Source: an uncultured delta proteobacterium
GTDB taxonomy: Bacteria; Desulfobacterota; WTBG01
Direction: 5' to 3'
DNA: 64,000 bases
Assembly: GCA_963793865.1 (NCBI GenBank)
Contig: CAWCBP010000001.1
Span: forward strand, 608,001 to 672,000
Part shown: in pieces, positions 31,271-42,080 of the stretch
How positions within the stretch are numbered: the stretch's first letter is position 1
Layout: every line of letters begins with the position of its first letter
Notes under the pieces: generated by a model
Database searches by the model: none
What the model was told of the DNA's origin: nothing
Seen by the model: only the letters and a program-made list of their open reading frames with translations
Position numbers and translations under genes: made by a program

Positions 31271-31878
31271 GATGCTTCCTGTTTATGACAATGGGCAAGC
31301 CAGTCATTCAGCAACTCGTATTTCACTATTTCTTCAATGCGGAAGGTGCCCAGGGCCAGGCGGTGCAGGAGCTGCTTATAGAGGAGTGCGGCTTCTTGAA
31401 GCTCGGATTCTTTGAGGCGGTATGTTCCCTGGACGGCAAAGGGGGGAAGGTAGGTCATGTTGCACAGGTGTGCCGTCTGCTCGAAGGGCACCAGGAATTC
31501 GCGAAGGCTGTAGCGGTTGTATCCGCTCCTGCTATACCCCTCCCGGGCGCCGCCGGTGGTGATGGTATTAAAAACAATCTTGTTGGCCATGTTGCACCCG
31601 CCCTCCCCGTGTGCCCATCCGTGCTCCAGCACCAGATCAATCCATTGCTTGATCATGGGTGGTGCACTGAACATATAGAAGGGATAGTGCCAGACAACAA
31701 TGTCATGAGATAAAAGAAGATTTTTCTCGGAGGCGGTATCAATATTGAAATCAGGATACTGCTCATAGAGATCATGTATGGTTACATGGGTTTCATGGTG
31801 CAGTGCGGAAAGGAGCGCCCTATTGGCCCTTGATTTTTCAAATCTCGGATGGGCAAACAGTATTAAGACGGTATTCAT
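31267..31878 (-). CDS. KefF/KefG-like NAD(P)H oxidoreductase
   Basis: AHP...SRAN, HDLYEQYPDF, flavodoxin_2 fold, coupled to the Kef gene. Confidence 0.9.
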   Translation of the reverse strand: MNTVLILFAHPRFEKSRANRALLSALHHETHVTIHDLYEQYPDFNIDTASEKNLLLSHDIVVWHYPFYMFSAPPMIKQWIDLVLEHGWAHGEGGCNMANKIVFNTITTGGAREGYSRSGYNRYSLREFLVPFEQTAHLCNMTYLPPFAVQGTYRLKESELQEAALLYKQLLHRLALGTFRIEEIVKYELLNDWLAHCHKQEAS

Positions 31879-32156
31879 GCATCTGTGTCAGATCAGGAGG
31901 GATATTTCCTTTCACCTTTGGATTTTTGCAGGGATTTTCTTCTGATTTTGGTCTTCAGGGCTGCCTTCTTCCGGTTTGTCTTGCTTCGCTTTTTCATCGC
32001 TGCTCCTTGATGGGGAATTGCCGGTATGATTCGGCTCACTGCAGTCAGCAACGGTGTTCCTGGTTGATTGAATGCATTTTTTTAAGCCGGCCGACGGTTA
32101 AGAAAATGCTTGAAGGGTGAGTATATGAAAATACCTTTTCCCTGTCAATCTTAAGT

Positions 32157-32810
32157 TTAGACCTGTGTGCCCCGCTTCGGCTTGTATATTCCCTGCATAG
32201 TCGCACCGAGCATGTGCGCCTTGTAGGTGCGTTTATCCACGGGCGATAGACTCTTGACCATGGATGCGGTTACAAGCTTGTTTCGTTTAAGCCTGTCCAA
32301 ACGCAGGGATATCCTTTCAACGGCATCGTCGCTGGTCATCCAGGAGATGCGGTCAAAGGAGCTGAGATTGAGCGGATTGGAATAAGCCCGCAATGACTTT
32401 TTCCCAGTGAGATTAAAATATGCCTCAAAATAGGAGATGACCAGCTCGCGGGGATTCCGGTAAATCGCCTCTCGAAACCTGAGCCCGACGAAATTTGATT
32501 TGGCGACTGCCCCTACGCAGCTGTTACGCCTGTGGAGTGCAATAACATGGTCGTCATCTTCTGAAGCAAGCATGTGGATGATAGCCGGGGTGTGACCAAT
32601 GCGGCGCAGGGCAGCGGCCGCAAATAGGGCGCCGTCAAAACAGTTGGCCCGCCGGGTTCGCATCACCCCCAGCGGCGCCTGGTAGGTGGCATCGATTTTG
32701 TAGGAGATGCTGTCCAGAAAGGCCTGGATGGCGGAAGGACTGTCAAGCCGATTGATGAGTTGTCTTTCATTCCTGCTCAGTGCCGCTTCAAATTGCTGCA
32801 CAGCATTCAT
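32157..32810 (-). CDS. Conserved hypothetical protein, transglutaminase-like
   Basis: ANCFDGALFAAAAL, DDDHVIA; GGA RBS. Confidence 0.65.
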   Translation of the reverse strand: MNAVQQFEAALSRNERQLINRLDSPSAIQAFLDSISYKIDATYQAPLGVMRTRRANCFDGALFAAAALRRIGHTPAIIHMLASEDDDHVIALHRRNSCVGAVAKSNFVGLRFREAIYRNPRELVISYFEAYFNLTGKKSLRAYSNPLNLSSFDRISWMTSDDAVERISLRLDRLKRNKLVTASMVKSLSPVDKRTYKAHMLGATMQGIYKPKRGTQV

Positions 32811-32820
32811 TGTTTGTCCT

Positions 32821-33440
32821 TTATGAACCTTGGCTGCGCGCATGCTTTTGGCCCAGGGCGAATATTTTTTTAAGCGCATCTTTCTTTTTCCTGATATCGC
32901 CGACATCTCTGACATCGGTTATGTGAATCTTCTGCACGATGTTCATCATGTAGGTTTGACCGAGGTTATGCTCAAACGCCTTGATGGCCAGCCGGGCGGT
33001 TGAGGGGTCTTTAAAGTCCTGCACCAGGCCAATGACCGCTTTTTTCCCTTTCAGGGGGGCATTGATAAACCGGAACGCATTCATGGTTCCCATCTCACCT
33101 GCAATTTCCACCTCCCAGAGGGGAAGGCAGCGTTCCAAAAAGCGGGCCATGATGGAAGTGTAGGAGGCACAGTAGTAGGGTGAGGCAAAAAGAATCAGAT
33201 CGGCTGATACCATTTCCTTCAAAATCATGTCCATGTCATCACGGAAGGTGGCACATCGGAACCCCGGCTTTAAAATGCACTTCCGGTAACATCCCCTGCA
33301 CTGGTTGATGGTATAATCGGCAAGAAAGAATTTTTTTACATGTGCGCCGGAACGATAGATGCGCCATCCAGAAAGGTATCGACCAGCGTATCGGTGTTAC
33401 CCTTTTTACGGGGGCTCCCCACAAATCCCAATGCTTTCAT
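32821..33440 (-). CDS. Iron-sulfur flavoprotein / NADPH-dependent FMN reductase, two apparent frameshifts
   Basis: MKALGFVGSPRKKGNT, then CRGCYRKC, then DDMD..ASPYY in three frames. Confidence 0.75.
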
Positions 33441-33552
33441 CACATCGCCTCCTTACGTTCTCGTGGATAATAAATAACAGTGATGGACTTATATCATATC
33501 CCGAGCCCCGCGTAAACCGGGGAATTAGAACGGAAGGATTTATGATGGTTAT

Positions 33553-33594
33553 AAACGATAAGGGAAGCGGCGGTTACCGCTTCCCTTATCGTTT
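33553..33594. terminator. Perfect 18-bp hairpin downstream of the surface-protein gene
   Basis: AAACGATAAGGGAAGCGG-cggtta-CCGCTTCCCTTATCGTTT. Confidence 0.75.
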
Positions 33595-33673
33595 GTTTCA
33601 ATCTCAGACCTCCTGCAGTCATGAGGTGCGAGAAGGTCTGAATGTCAATGCAAAAACGTGGTGCTTCAGTTGA

Positions 33674-36387
33674 TTACTGTTCCACGCAGCCGCGGCAGGG
33701 GTTCTGAAATAAGCCTCTGCCAAAGTCCGACTTTAAGCCTGAAGCATCGGAGCCGTCACAATCACCGTCGGCATCAAAATCACCGTTGCAGGGATTGTCG
33801 ACCGTGCAGGGGTGATAAAGGGCGGTTCTGCCGAAGGTGTTCTTGAATTGCTTTGAATCTGTTCCGTCTACGTCACGGTCACAGTCGAAATCGCCCTTGC
33901 ATTCGAAATATCCACAGGTGCCGTTATACTTGCTTCCGAAGATGGTTAGGAACCCGTTGACATCAGTGGCGTCGATATCGCCGTCATCATCGAAGTCTCC
34001 CGAGACATTTTCCGAATCATCGGCCGTACCTCTCCATCCAAAGTTGATCTTGAGTTTGTTGGCGTCCTTGCCATCCACGTCGCCATCACAATCAAAGTCG
34101 CCTTTACACGCTCCCTGCACCCGTATGCAGTCTTTGCCGGAAATTTTTGTTCCGTTCTTGAGATTGCCGGTAAGGGTAAGTCGAATTGTTCCTGCCACAC
34201 TATTGAGATTCAGCATCTCAACCAGCTCTTGTGTTTTAAACTTGAGGGTCAGATCCATATAACCATCACACTTGCGTTCATGACAGTCGCAGAGTTCACC
34301 AGTAAAAGGGGTCCCGACATCTTCATAACTCCATCGAATAGGTGCCACTTCACCAGCAACACCCTTCTCTGCTAAGCCTGATTGAGGCTGGATCTATAGA
34401 ATTGACGTCAAAGGTCATGCATTCCTAGCACTGCAACGGGAAGCACACCACGGCTCTTCACATTCAGTGGATTCGGGCAGGAACCAGGTTTGATGTCAAC
34501 GTTCACCTGAGTTTCAGATGGGCAGACACCGCAGTCTGCCGGGCAGGTTTCGCAGGTTTCCGTGCCGTTGCAGGTGCCGTCGCCGCATACAGGGGGGCAA
34601 GCGCCGCAGTCTACCGGGCAGGTTTCACAGGTTTCCGTGCCGTTGCAGGTGCCATCGCCGCATACAGGGGGGCAAGCGCCGCAGTCTGCCGGGCAGGTTA
34701 CGCATGTCTCTGAGGCATCACAGGTACCATTACCGCATGAAGGCGGGCAAGCGCCGCAGTCTGCCGGGCAGGTTTCACAGGTTTCCGTGCCGTTACAGGT
34801 GCCATCGCCGCATGCAGGGGGGCAGGCACCGCAGTCTGCCGGGCAGGTATCACAGGTTTCCGTGCCGTTGCAGGTAGCGTCACCGCATGCAGGCGGGCAA
34901 GCGCCGCAGTCTGCCGGGCAGGTTACGCATGTCTCTGAGGTATCACAGGTACCTCACCGCATGAAGGCGGGCAGACACCGCAGTCTGCCGGGCAGGTTAC
35001 ACAGGTTTCCGTGCCGTTACAGGTACCATCGCCGCATGCAGGCGGGCAAGCGCCGCAGTCTGCCGGGCAGGTTACGCATGTCTCTGAGGTATCACAGGTA
35101 CCGTCACCGCATGAAGGCGGGCAGACACCGCAGTCTGCCGGGCAAGTTTCACAGGTTTCCGTGCCGTTGCAGGTAGCGTCACCGCATGCAGGCGGGCAAG
35201 CGCCGCAGTCTGCCGGGCAGGTTACGCATGTCTCTGAGGTATCACAGGTACCGTCACCGCATGAAGGCGGGCAGACACCGCAGTCTGCCGGGCAGGTTTC
35301 ACAGGTTTCCGTACCGTTGCAGGTGCCATCGCCGCATGCAGGCGGACAGACACCGCAGTCTGCCGGGCAGGTCTACGCAGGTCTCTGTGCCATTACAGGT
35401 ACCTCACCGCATGCAGGACGGGCAGACACCGCAGTCTGCCGGGCAGGTTACGCAGGTTTCCGTGCCGTTGCAGGTAGCGATCACCGCATGCAGGAGGGCA
35501 GACACCGCAGTCTGCCGGGCAGGTTACGCAGGTTTCCGTGCCGTTGCAGGTAGCGTCACCGCATGCAGGAGGGCAGACACCACAGTCCTGGGGGCAGGTT
35601 ATACAGGTCTCAGTGCCATTGCAAGTGCCATCGGGACATGCAGGAGGACAGATCACCGCAGTCCGCCGGGCAAGTTTCACAGGTTTCCGTACCGTTGCAG
35701 GTGCCATCGCCGCATGCAGGCGGACAGACACCGCAGTCTGCCGGGCAGGTTATTGCAGGTCTCAGCGCCATTGCAAAAATGCCACATCGATTGGGCATAC
35801 AGGTAACGATGCCCTGGGTAACGCTGAGAACATTGGTGCCCATCGTAGCCATCGTACACGACACCGCTCGTACATCCCACGGTTGTGTCAAAATCAGTTA
35901 TTCCTTTAACAGAAATGTTACCGGTACCATTTGCCACGCACTGAAAGGTTACCTGCGCTATAATAATATCACCACCGGCATCAGGTACCGGGCAGGTACC
36001 TAACTGTACCACGGCCAGCACATAGGAACCGGGTCCATAAGCATCAGGTATCTTAAGGGTGGCAGTTCCATCCCACGGTCCGCCGGCAATGTCAACGCCG
36101 TCATAAGCGTTAACGCTCACGAGGCTGACCTGGGCCGGATTATAAAACATCTCAATTCCGCTGGAGATAATCGGCTCAGGGATCTCGGCTGCCCAGATGT
36201 CAATGGAAAACGTGTCTCCCGGGTTAAGCGTTTCCGGATTAACCGTATCACAGGTCTTGAGACCGGTTAACCTGCCGCCGGGATTACCTGCCTCCAAAGA
36301 ATCCTGGCAGTAGCTCTGGGCAAAAACTGAGCCTGCCATAAGACCTATGACAAAAAGCACCATTAAACAAGTTGAAATCTTTTTCAT
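33674..36387 (-). CDS. Large secreted protein: cohesin-like domain, Cys-rich repeats, dockerin/EF-hand-like C-terminus; multiple frameshifts
   Basis: Signal peptide MKKISTCL.., YNPAQVSLV/IAQVTFQC, CGDGTCNGTETC repeats, VDIKPGSCPNPLN, GDFDCDGDVDG repeats. Confidence 0.75.
34519..35765 (-). repeat. About 17 tandem copies of a 75-bp coding repeat (CGDGTCNGTETCETCPADCGACPPA)
   Basis: GCAGTCTGCCGGGCAGGTT core recurs every 74-77 bp. Confidence 0.92.
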
Positions 36388-36849
36388 AATCACCCTCCTC
36401 CGGACAAAAAGTAAGTTCATGAAATGGTAAATGACAATCTGGTGTCTGATGTGAGTTGATTAAATTATCACCCCCTTTCAGCGAAAAATCATTCAATAAT
36501 CGATTATGAATCTTAAAGAACCCTTTATAGTGGTGCCAGTCAGAAGGATTAAATGGAATCCCAATTTATATATTATATATATATCTTAAATTGTTACTTG
36601 ATGTCAAGATAATTTGCTTGCGCAGTTTATACATTAGAAACGTTTTTTAATGATAAAGATTTTTAAACATAATAAAAGATTATTATTTGATTGTCAAAAA
36701 ACTATTTAACTATTTAATATACATAATATTATTTTTTTGAGGGAAATTACGCCGACCGCTAATTAGTAAAAAAATATATCAATTAAAGTGAATAATATCA
36801 ATTATATATGTTGTTAATGAAGCTTGTTATCCGGGGTAAATGATAAATC

Positions 36850-37674
36850 TTATTGATCATCGCGGATTTGGGTGAAAGTATGGGGAGTGCATTTAGAAGC
36901 GTATCGGCCGCGGGTTCCGACAATAGTCGAAATGGCGCCGGTCGGGCAGACATTGAAACACCCCCAGCAGCCGTCACAGGAATCGCTGAATGTGGGGTAG
37001 GGGGCCAGCGCAATAGCCCCTGCAGCGCAGCGTTCTGCGCACTGCCCGCACATGGTGCATCGCTTTGTATTGATGCTCTTTTTACCCATCATCATGCGCA
37101 ACCTGGCCGGGCTGTTAAGCAGGGAGAGATAATAAAAGGGATTGATCCGCGAGCGGGAAAAGGGAGCCGGCCGGGAAAGCACCCCTGCTTTATGTCTGCC
37201 TGCAAGCTCTGCCAGCGTGCCGGCGAATCTGCTGATGGAAGGGAGCATCGTGTCGTTCGGCAATCCGCGGTTGATACTGAGACCGGCGGCCCTGGCAATG
37301 GGCCAGCTCATCTCCCCCCTGAAATGCTGATCTGCCAGCACCACGAACCCGCGGACAGATAAGTAGCCGTCAAGCATCCATGGGGTATTGGCAAGGACTC
37401 CTGCGCAGGTGGTAAACAGGAATGCAGGTTTTTGCGCCTGCGGTGGAAGTGATTGGATGAACCTGGTCATGGCAAATGACGGCCTGAACCCCATCACCGG
37501 GCAGCCGAAACCGATCAGGTCATAGGAAGCAAGATCATCGGTGCGCGGCCTGGAAGCAATGCTTCTGACCTCTGTCTCGATGCCGTAACCGGGCAGTGAG
37601 GCAGCAAGTTTTCCTGCTACCCACTGCGTATTTCCGGATGCGGAGTGGTAGAAAATCAAAACATGGCCGGTCAT
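36850..37674 (-). CDS. EFR1-type flavodoxin-ferredoxin fusion
   Basis: YHSASGNT flavodoxin start; CTMCGQCAERC and CDGCWGCFNVCP. Confidence 0.85.
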   Translation of the reverse strand: MTGHVLIFYHSASGNTQWVAGKLAASLPGYGIETEVRSIASRPRTDDLASYDLIGFGCPVMGFRPSFAMTRFIQSLPPQAQKPAFLFTTCAGVLANTPWMLDGYLSVRGFVVLADQHFRGEMSWPIARAAGLSINRGLPNDTMLPSISRFAGTLAELAGRHKAGVLSRPAPFSRSRINPFYYLSLLNSPARLRMMMGKKSINTKRCTMCGQCAERCAAGAIALAPYPTFSDSCDGCWGCFNVCPTGAISTIVGTRGRYASKCTPHTFTQIRDDQ

Positions 37675-37717
37675 CGAAAATGTGTCCGCGGTCGTTCTGT
37701 GATGGCGATTGTCATGT

Positions 37718-38287
37718 TCAGAGCAATCTGTAGGGATAGGCCCTTTTGGTCCATTCGCTTGCAGGGTAGCGTGACTGCAGCTGTTCGTATGCCTCTTTCA
37801 GCGGCTTTGGATTATGGGTGCTTTTATACCCCGCAACGCCTTTCAGGAAAAGCGCTTCCGGTGCAGCATCACTCCCGGGATATGTGTCCAACAGCTCCTG
37901 TATGACGGCAAGGGCTTCGGCATACCTTTGCTGTTCGAATCCGGACTTGGCCATGCCCAGCAGCAGGGATGGAATCAATTCCTCCGGGGAAAGAAATCCA
38001 ACCGTGCGGTGATGCTCTTTCCCTTCCTGATCGAGCACAATCAGCGTGGGTGTCCAGCTTATCTTGAAATCAGCGGAGTGAGGTTTCGCATCAGATGGTA
38101 TGCGGAGCGGAATCAGGTTGTTGATGATGAAGTTTGCTACCTTGTTCTCAGGATACGTAACTGCATCCATTTGCTGACAGCCGATTCACCCCGGGTTGAA
38201 AAAGTCGAGCAGGATCTGCCTGCCCTGTGTCCGCGCCGCAGCGAGGGCTTTCTCCATGTCCGTTTCCCAGCTAATTGCGCTTGCCAT
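37718..38287 (-). CDS. Selenoprotein: thioredoxin-like (UxxC) + TPR-like domain, 189 aa, Sec at codon 34
   Basis: AGGAGG-ATG at 38287, MASAISWETD..LLDFFNPG-TGA-IGC in frame with the downstream ORF; SECIS-like hairpin. Confidence 0.88.
38151..38168 (-). promoter_or_regulatory. Putative bacterial SECIS
   Basis: GGAUGC-AGUUAC-GUAUCC starting 17 nt after UGA (38186-38188). Confidence 0.7.
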
Positions 38288-38347
38288 GGCCGTACCTCCT
38301 TACAAGGGATTAATCATTCGTGCTTTTCATGATGGAAAAGCGTGGAT

Positions 38348-38791
38348 TTATTTTTGGCTGAAGGCCTCGAGATTTTTTTGAAGCTCCTCTTTGTGCTTCA
38401 TTTCTGCGTCAAATATTTTCTTGAACACCTCCTCATTCCCTGTCTTGTAAAAATATACCAGCAAGCGGGCATAAAAATCGACCGTTTCTTCTTCCAGCTC
38501 TATGGCAATCTTGAATATGTCTTCAACAGACAGGCCTGCCTTTATGGCCGCATCAATCGTATATCTTGAAGGGACGAAGGAACCCTTGGGCGGTGTGGTA
38601 AGGTCGGTTGCAAATGCAGCCAGTATCTTTTTGTGGCCTTTTTCTTCAATGGAAAGCCGTTTCAGCAGGGCCTTGTGGTCAGCCTGGTGAACCACTGCTG
38701 CTGCCTTCTCATAAAACGCGGTAGCATCATCTTCCCGCTTTACAGCCTCTTTGAGCGCATCGCGGTAATCATCAAGCGGTTTCAGTTCCAT
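38348..38791 (-). CDS. Ferritin-like / rubrerythrin-domain protein
   Basis: Two E..(E)xxH diiron repeats (EEKGH, AEMKH). Confidence 0.85.
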   Translation of the reverse strand: MELKPLDDYRDALKEAVKREDDATAFYEKAAAVVHQADHKALLKRLSIEEKGHKKILAAFATDLTTPPKGSFVPSRYTIDAAIKAGLSVEDIFKIAIELEEETVDFYARLLVYFYKTGNEEVFKKIFDAEMKHKEELQKNLEAFSQK

Positions 38792-38891
38792 GGCATTCCT
38801 CCTTTCTGGTAAAGGTTAGCGGGTGTGCAGTTTCCCTGGGTCTGACGTAGTGCCGAGCGCAGCACCTGCCGTGCGCTGCTCCCGGATACGT

Positions 38892-39557
38892 TCAATTGAG
38901 ATATAGATTGTTGCTTACAATATACTGCCGCACTGCTTCAGGAACCATCCCCTCGATGGAGCGATGTGCCCTAACCCGCGAGCGGATATCGGTTGATGAA
39001 ATGGAAAGATACGGCTCTTCCAGTATGGTTATGTGGGGTAAAAAATCATCAGGAATGCGTTTCTTTATTTTCTCGACATCGCATCCGGGCCGGATAGCGG
39101 CAACGAAACGGCAGATGCCCGGATAGGTACGGGATTGATCCCAGTTAATGATGGCGAGGAGCGCGTCGAGGCCGGTTATAAAAAACAGTTCGCCGGCAGT
39201 GCCCATTGCCTGTTTATAGTATCTGATGGTATCGCCGGCATAGGTTGGGCAGCCTCGCTCCGCCTCGATGCAGGAGGGCTCAAACCGCGGCATATCTTTC
39301 ACTGCCAGCTCAACCATGGCATGCCGGTGCTGCACCGGAGTTAGCTGCTCCGGTGATTTGTGCGGGGGGCAATGAGCCGTCACAAAAATGACTTTGTGCA
39401 ATTTCATCGCCGTCCGTGCAGCCTCAGCCACCTTGAGATGGCCGATGTGAATGGGATCAAATGATCCTCCCATGATGCCGATGCGCTGAGGAAGGGTTGG
39501 CTCTGAATTCCGACGGGGTAAAGGTTTTGCATCCATGATCATGTAGCAGTGCATCAT
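38892..39557 (-). CDS. nadD: Nicotinate-nucleotide adenylyltransferase (start uncertain)
   Basis: GGSFDPIHIGH, ISSTDIR. Confidence 0.92.
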   Translation of the reverse strand: MMHCYMIMDAKPLPRRNSEPTLPQRIGIMGGSFDPIHIGHLKVAEAARTAMKLHKVIFVTAHCPPHKSPEQLTPVQHRHAMVELAVKDMPRFEPSCIEAERGCPTYAGDTIRYYKQAMGTAGELFFITGLDALLAIINWDQSRTYPGICRFVAAIRPGCDVEKIKKRIPDDFLPHITILEEPYLSISSTDIRSRVRAHRSIEGMVPEAVRQYIVSNNLYLN

Positions 39558-39697
39558 TACTATATATGCTACAATAATAACAGATTATTTCAAGCGGGGG
39601 AGGGTGATTTTTTTGGGCATGGACAGGATGCGGCACGCGGGGGCGGATACCTGCCCCCGTTCCCGTGCCTCTCATCTGATACGGTGACGACGGCTTT

Positions 39698-40378
39698 TTA
39701 TAACTGTTTGAACTGATCCTTGCCCGCACCGCAGACCGGGCAGGTCCAGCCGGCGGGGAGATTTTTAAAATCCGTTCCCGGGGCTATGCCGCCATCGGGA
39801 TCGCCCTGCGCCGGATCATAGACATATCCGCAAATGGTGCACTGATGGCGCGGCAGGGCGGTTGCCGCGGTTTCTTCTTTGCGGTAGGTCGGCGCGGTCT
39901 TGGGGGTAGTGCCGCGCTTGACCTGGTGGTAGTACGCATAGGTCATGGGCTCGCCTTCCTTGAGGACCTCTGAACCGACCACTTCTCCCACAAAAATGGT
40001 GTGGGTGCCGACTTCCATGCTGTGGGTTACCCGTGCCTCCATGACCGCCAGGGAATGGTCCAGGATAAGCGGGGCGCCGGTGATGCCTGTCTTGTAGTTT
40101 ACCCCGTCAAATTTATTGGCCTCTCTTCCTGACTTGAAGCCGAACTGACCGATGAAATTGAGGGGGGTGTCCTGGGCGAGGATGGATACGCCGAATGCCT
40201 TGCTGTCCTTGATGAACTCATTGGTGAGGTTTTTCACGTTGATGCCGATGGCAAGAGCGGGCGGCTCCGCGGTAACCTGAATGAGGGCATTGGCTATCTG
40301 GCCGTTAATGCTGCTCCCCTTGTTCGATGTGATTGCGTACAGACCATAGCTTACCTTAAACAGGGCCTTTGGATCCAT
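39698..40378 (-). CDS. Flavin reductase-rubredoxin fusion (high-molecular-weight rubredoxin)
   Basis: Flavin reductase domain, GTHTIF, C-terminal CTICGY...CPVCG. Confidence 0.9.
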   Translation of the reverse strand: MDPKALFKVSYGLYAITSNKGSSINGQIANALIQVTAEPPALAIGINVKNLTNEFIKDSKAFGVSILAQDTPLNFIGQFGFKSGREANKFDGVNYKTGITGAPLILDHSLAVMEARVTHSMEVGTHTIFVGEVVGSEVLKEGEPMTYAYYHQVKRGTTPKTAPTYRKEETAATALPRHQCTICGYVYDPAQGDPDGGIAPGTDFKNLPAGWTCPVCGAGKDQFKQL

Positions 40379-40496
40379 AATGATTCCTCCTTGTGCGGTA
40401 AAGGTGATGAGGATTTCTTCAATAACAGTGCTGCAGCGGCGGTACGGTCACCTCCTTTCCACGTGCTGCGGAGAATGTGCTGCTGCCCGGCAACAT

Positions 40497-42026
40497 CTAT
40501 GACGGTGCCGTGATTGCCGACAAATTGAGGCCTGCAACGGCGATATGCGGCGCGTAGAACACCTCGTCGGCAGCCCAGAGAACGATGCCGGTCTGTTGAT
40601 GCTCGATGGAGGTGATCCGGTTCAAAACCGAGTGCAGGGTGTCGTTGATGCGGACGCTGTTGGGCTCGAGCGGCTCCGCCAGCTTTCCATCCCGGATCAT
40701 ATAGGAATCCCCCACAATGGTGGAGGTGAAATCGCCCGCCTTGATTCCATTGATGGGATAGGTGTACCAGATTCTTCCCACGTAAATGCCGTTTTTAACC
40801 GTGCGCAGCAGATCCTCAAGCGAGGCGGCCGGAGAGCCTTCGATAACCAGGTTGGTCGGCGAAATGGAAGGCAGGGCGGCATGATATCTCCCCCCTCCCT
40901 GCCCGAACCGGAACCCGTTTCGCGGGACAAGGGCGCGGCGCCAGTCATGGGGGTCAACCCCCAATTTGTCCCGGGCCTTGCTGTCGCGGAGCATCCGTTT
41001 GGTTTCATAATCGTTGGATAAGAGCCCCATCAGGCGGCCGCCGGCAATGAGCTCGGTCCTTCCCGTGGGGAGGCCTTCACAGGTTATGCCCTTGCTGGCG
41101 GTGAGTTGCGGGTCATTCCCGACGTCGCTCACGGAGAGCAGTTCGGATGCCACCGGCGTACCGAGTTTGCCCTGGTAAGCGGAATTGCCGATGTAAAATG
41201 TGTCAAGCCTCAATGAAGGAAGCAGGATGTTACTCATGATGTCAGCTACCGCCTGAGGCGCCAGGACAACCGGGTAGCTGCCGCTTGCCACCCGTGTACC
41301 GGTTCTCGCGGAGCGGAGCGCGTTACGTACGGCCATGCCCCCGGCGCTGCCGTCAAAGCCCTGCAGACGAGTTGCCGCCGACCACCCCGATCCCTTGCTG
41401 TTCATCTTTTCTATCATGGCGGTGAGCGAGGAGAAGAGTATGGTGGTAGTGTCATCTTCGATGGTGCGCAGGCAGGTGGAGGCAAGGGCAATCTGCTCCT
41501 GAAGGACGGTCACATCACCGCCGAGTATCAGCCCCAGCGAACGGGGAGACTCCGATCTGAGCAGGGGGGAGCGCTCCAACTCCTCCAGGGCGCAGGTGAT
41601 GGCTTTCCAGCCGATATCCACCAGATCAGCATCAGAGAGGGAGAGCAGCGCGTGGTCGTGATAATCCTTAAGCCTGCCTTCCGGAGGCGGTGCTGCCGGG
41701 AGACCATGAAAATCAGGATCGTAAACGGCACCCTCCCGGGCCTTGAGATATGCGGATTCAACCTCTTCCAGCGTCAGCGAACCGGTTTCCTGGCCAAAGC
41801 CGAGCTTTACGCCGGACCCGTTTTTAAATGCGATGCGCAAGCCCACCCCCCGCGACTGAACGGATTTCGGTTCTTCCAGACCGTTGCAGGGAATGTGAGA
41901 GGTGTAGTTGATTCTGCAGGTTAAAATGCTGTTCACCGCGGCAAAGATTTCCGCCTCAGCGACGTCCGCTTTCGAGCGCAGGTGCGCAAGACCCAGGGCG
42001 GCGAACTCCTTTAAATCACGTGCCAC
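40497..42026 (-). CDS. TldE/PmbA-family protein
   Basis: Family fold motifs (EGLPT, PTNLVI, GDFT), no HExxxH, adjacent to tldD. Confidence 0.8.
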   Translation of the reverse strand: MARDLKEFAALGLAHLRSKADVAEAEIFAAVNSILTCRINYTSHIPCNGLEEPKSVQSRGVGLRIAFKNGSGVKLGFGQETGSLTLEEVESAYLKAREGAVYDPDFHGLPAAPPPEGRLKDYHDHALLSLSDADLVDIGWKAITCALEELERSPLLRSESPRSLGLILGGDVTVLQEQIALASTCLRTIEDDTTTILFSSLTAMIEKMNSKGSGWSAATRLQGFDGSAGGMAVRNALRSARTGTRVASGSYPVVLAPQAVADIMSNILLPSLRLDTFYIGNSAYQGKLGTPVASELLSVSDVGNDPQLTASKGITCEGLPTGRTELIAGGRLMGLLSNDYETKRMLRDSKARDKLGVDPHDWRRALVPRNGFRFGQGGGRYHAALPSISPTNLVIEGSPAASLEDLLRTVKNGIYVGRIWYTYPINGIKAGDFTSTIVGDSYMIRDGKLAEPLEPNSVRINDTLHSVLNRITSIEHQQTGIVLWAADEVFYAPHIAVAGLNLSAITAPS

Positions 42027-42080
42027 GTTGTTATCCCTCGTTCTGTTACCGGATGAGGCATGCCCGGCGGTCGGGTATCG

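Noticed and set aside
33239..33241. Third Sec codon in the flavoprotein
   Set aside because: The TGA arises from a frameshift, is not at a Cys position, and the protein continues in another frame
34519..35765. CRISPR array
   Set aside because: The whole 75-bp unit repeats with no unique spacers, encodes a Cys-rich peptide, and no cas genes are present
34562..36003. Plus-strand ORFs (QVPSPHAGGQAPQS repeats)
   Set aside because: Antisense shadows of the minus-strand Cys-repeat gene
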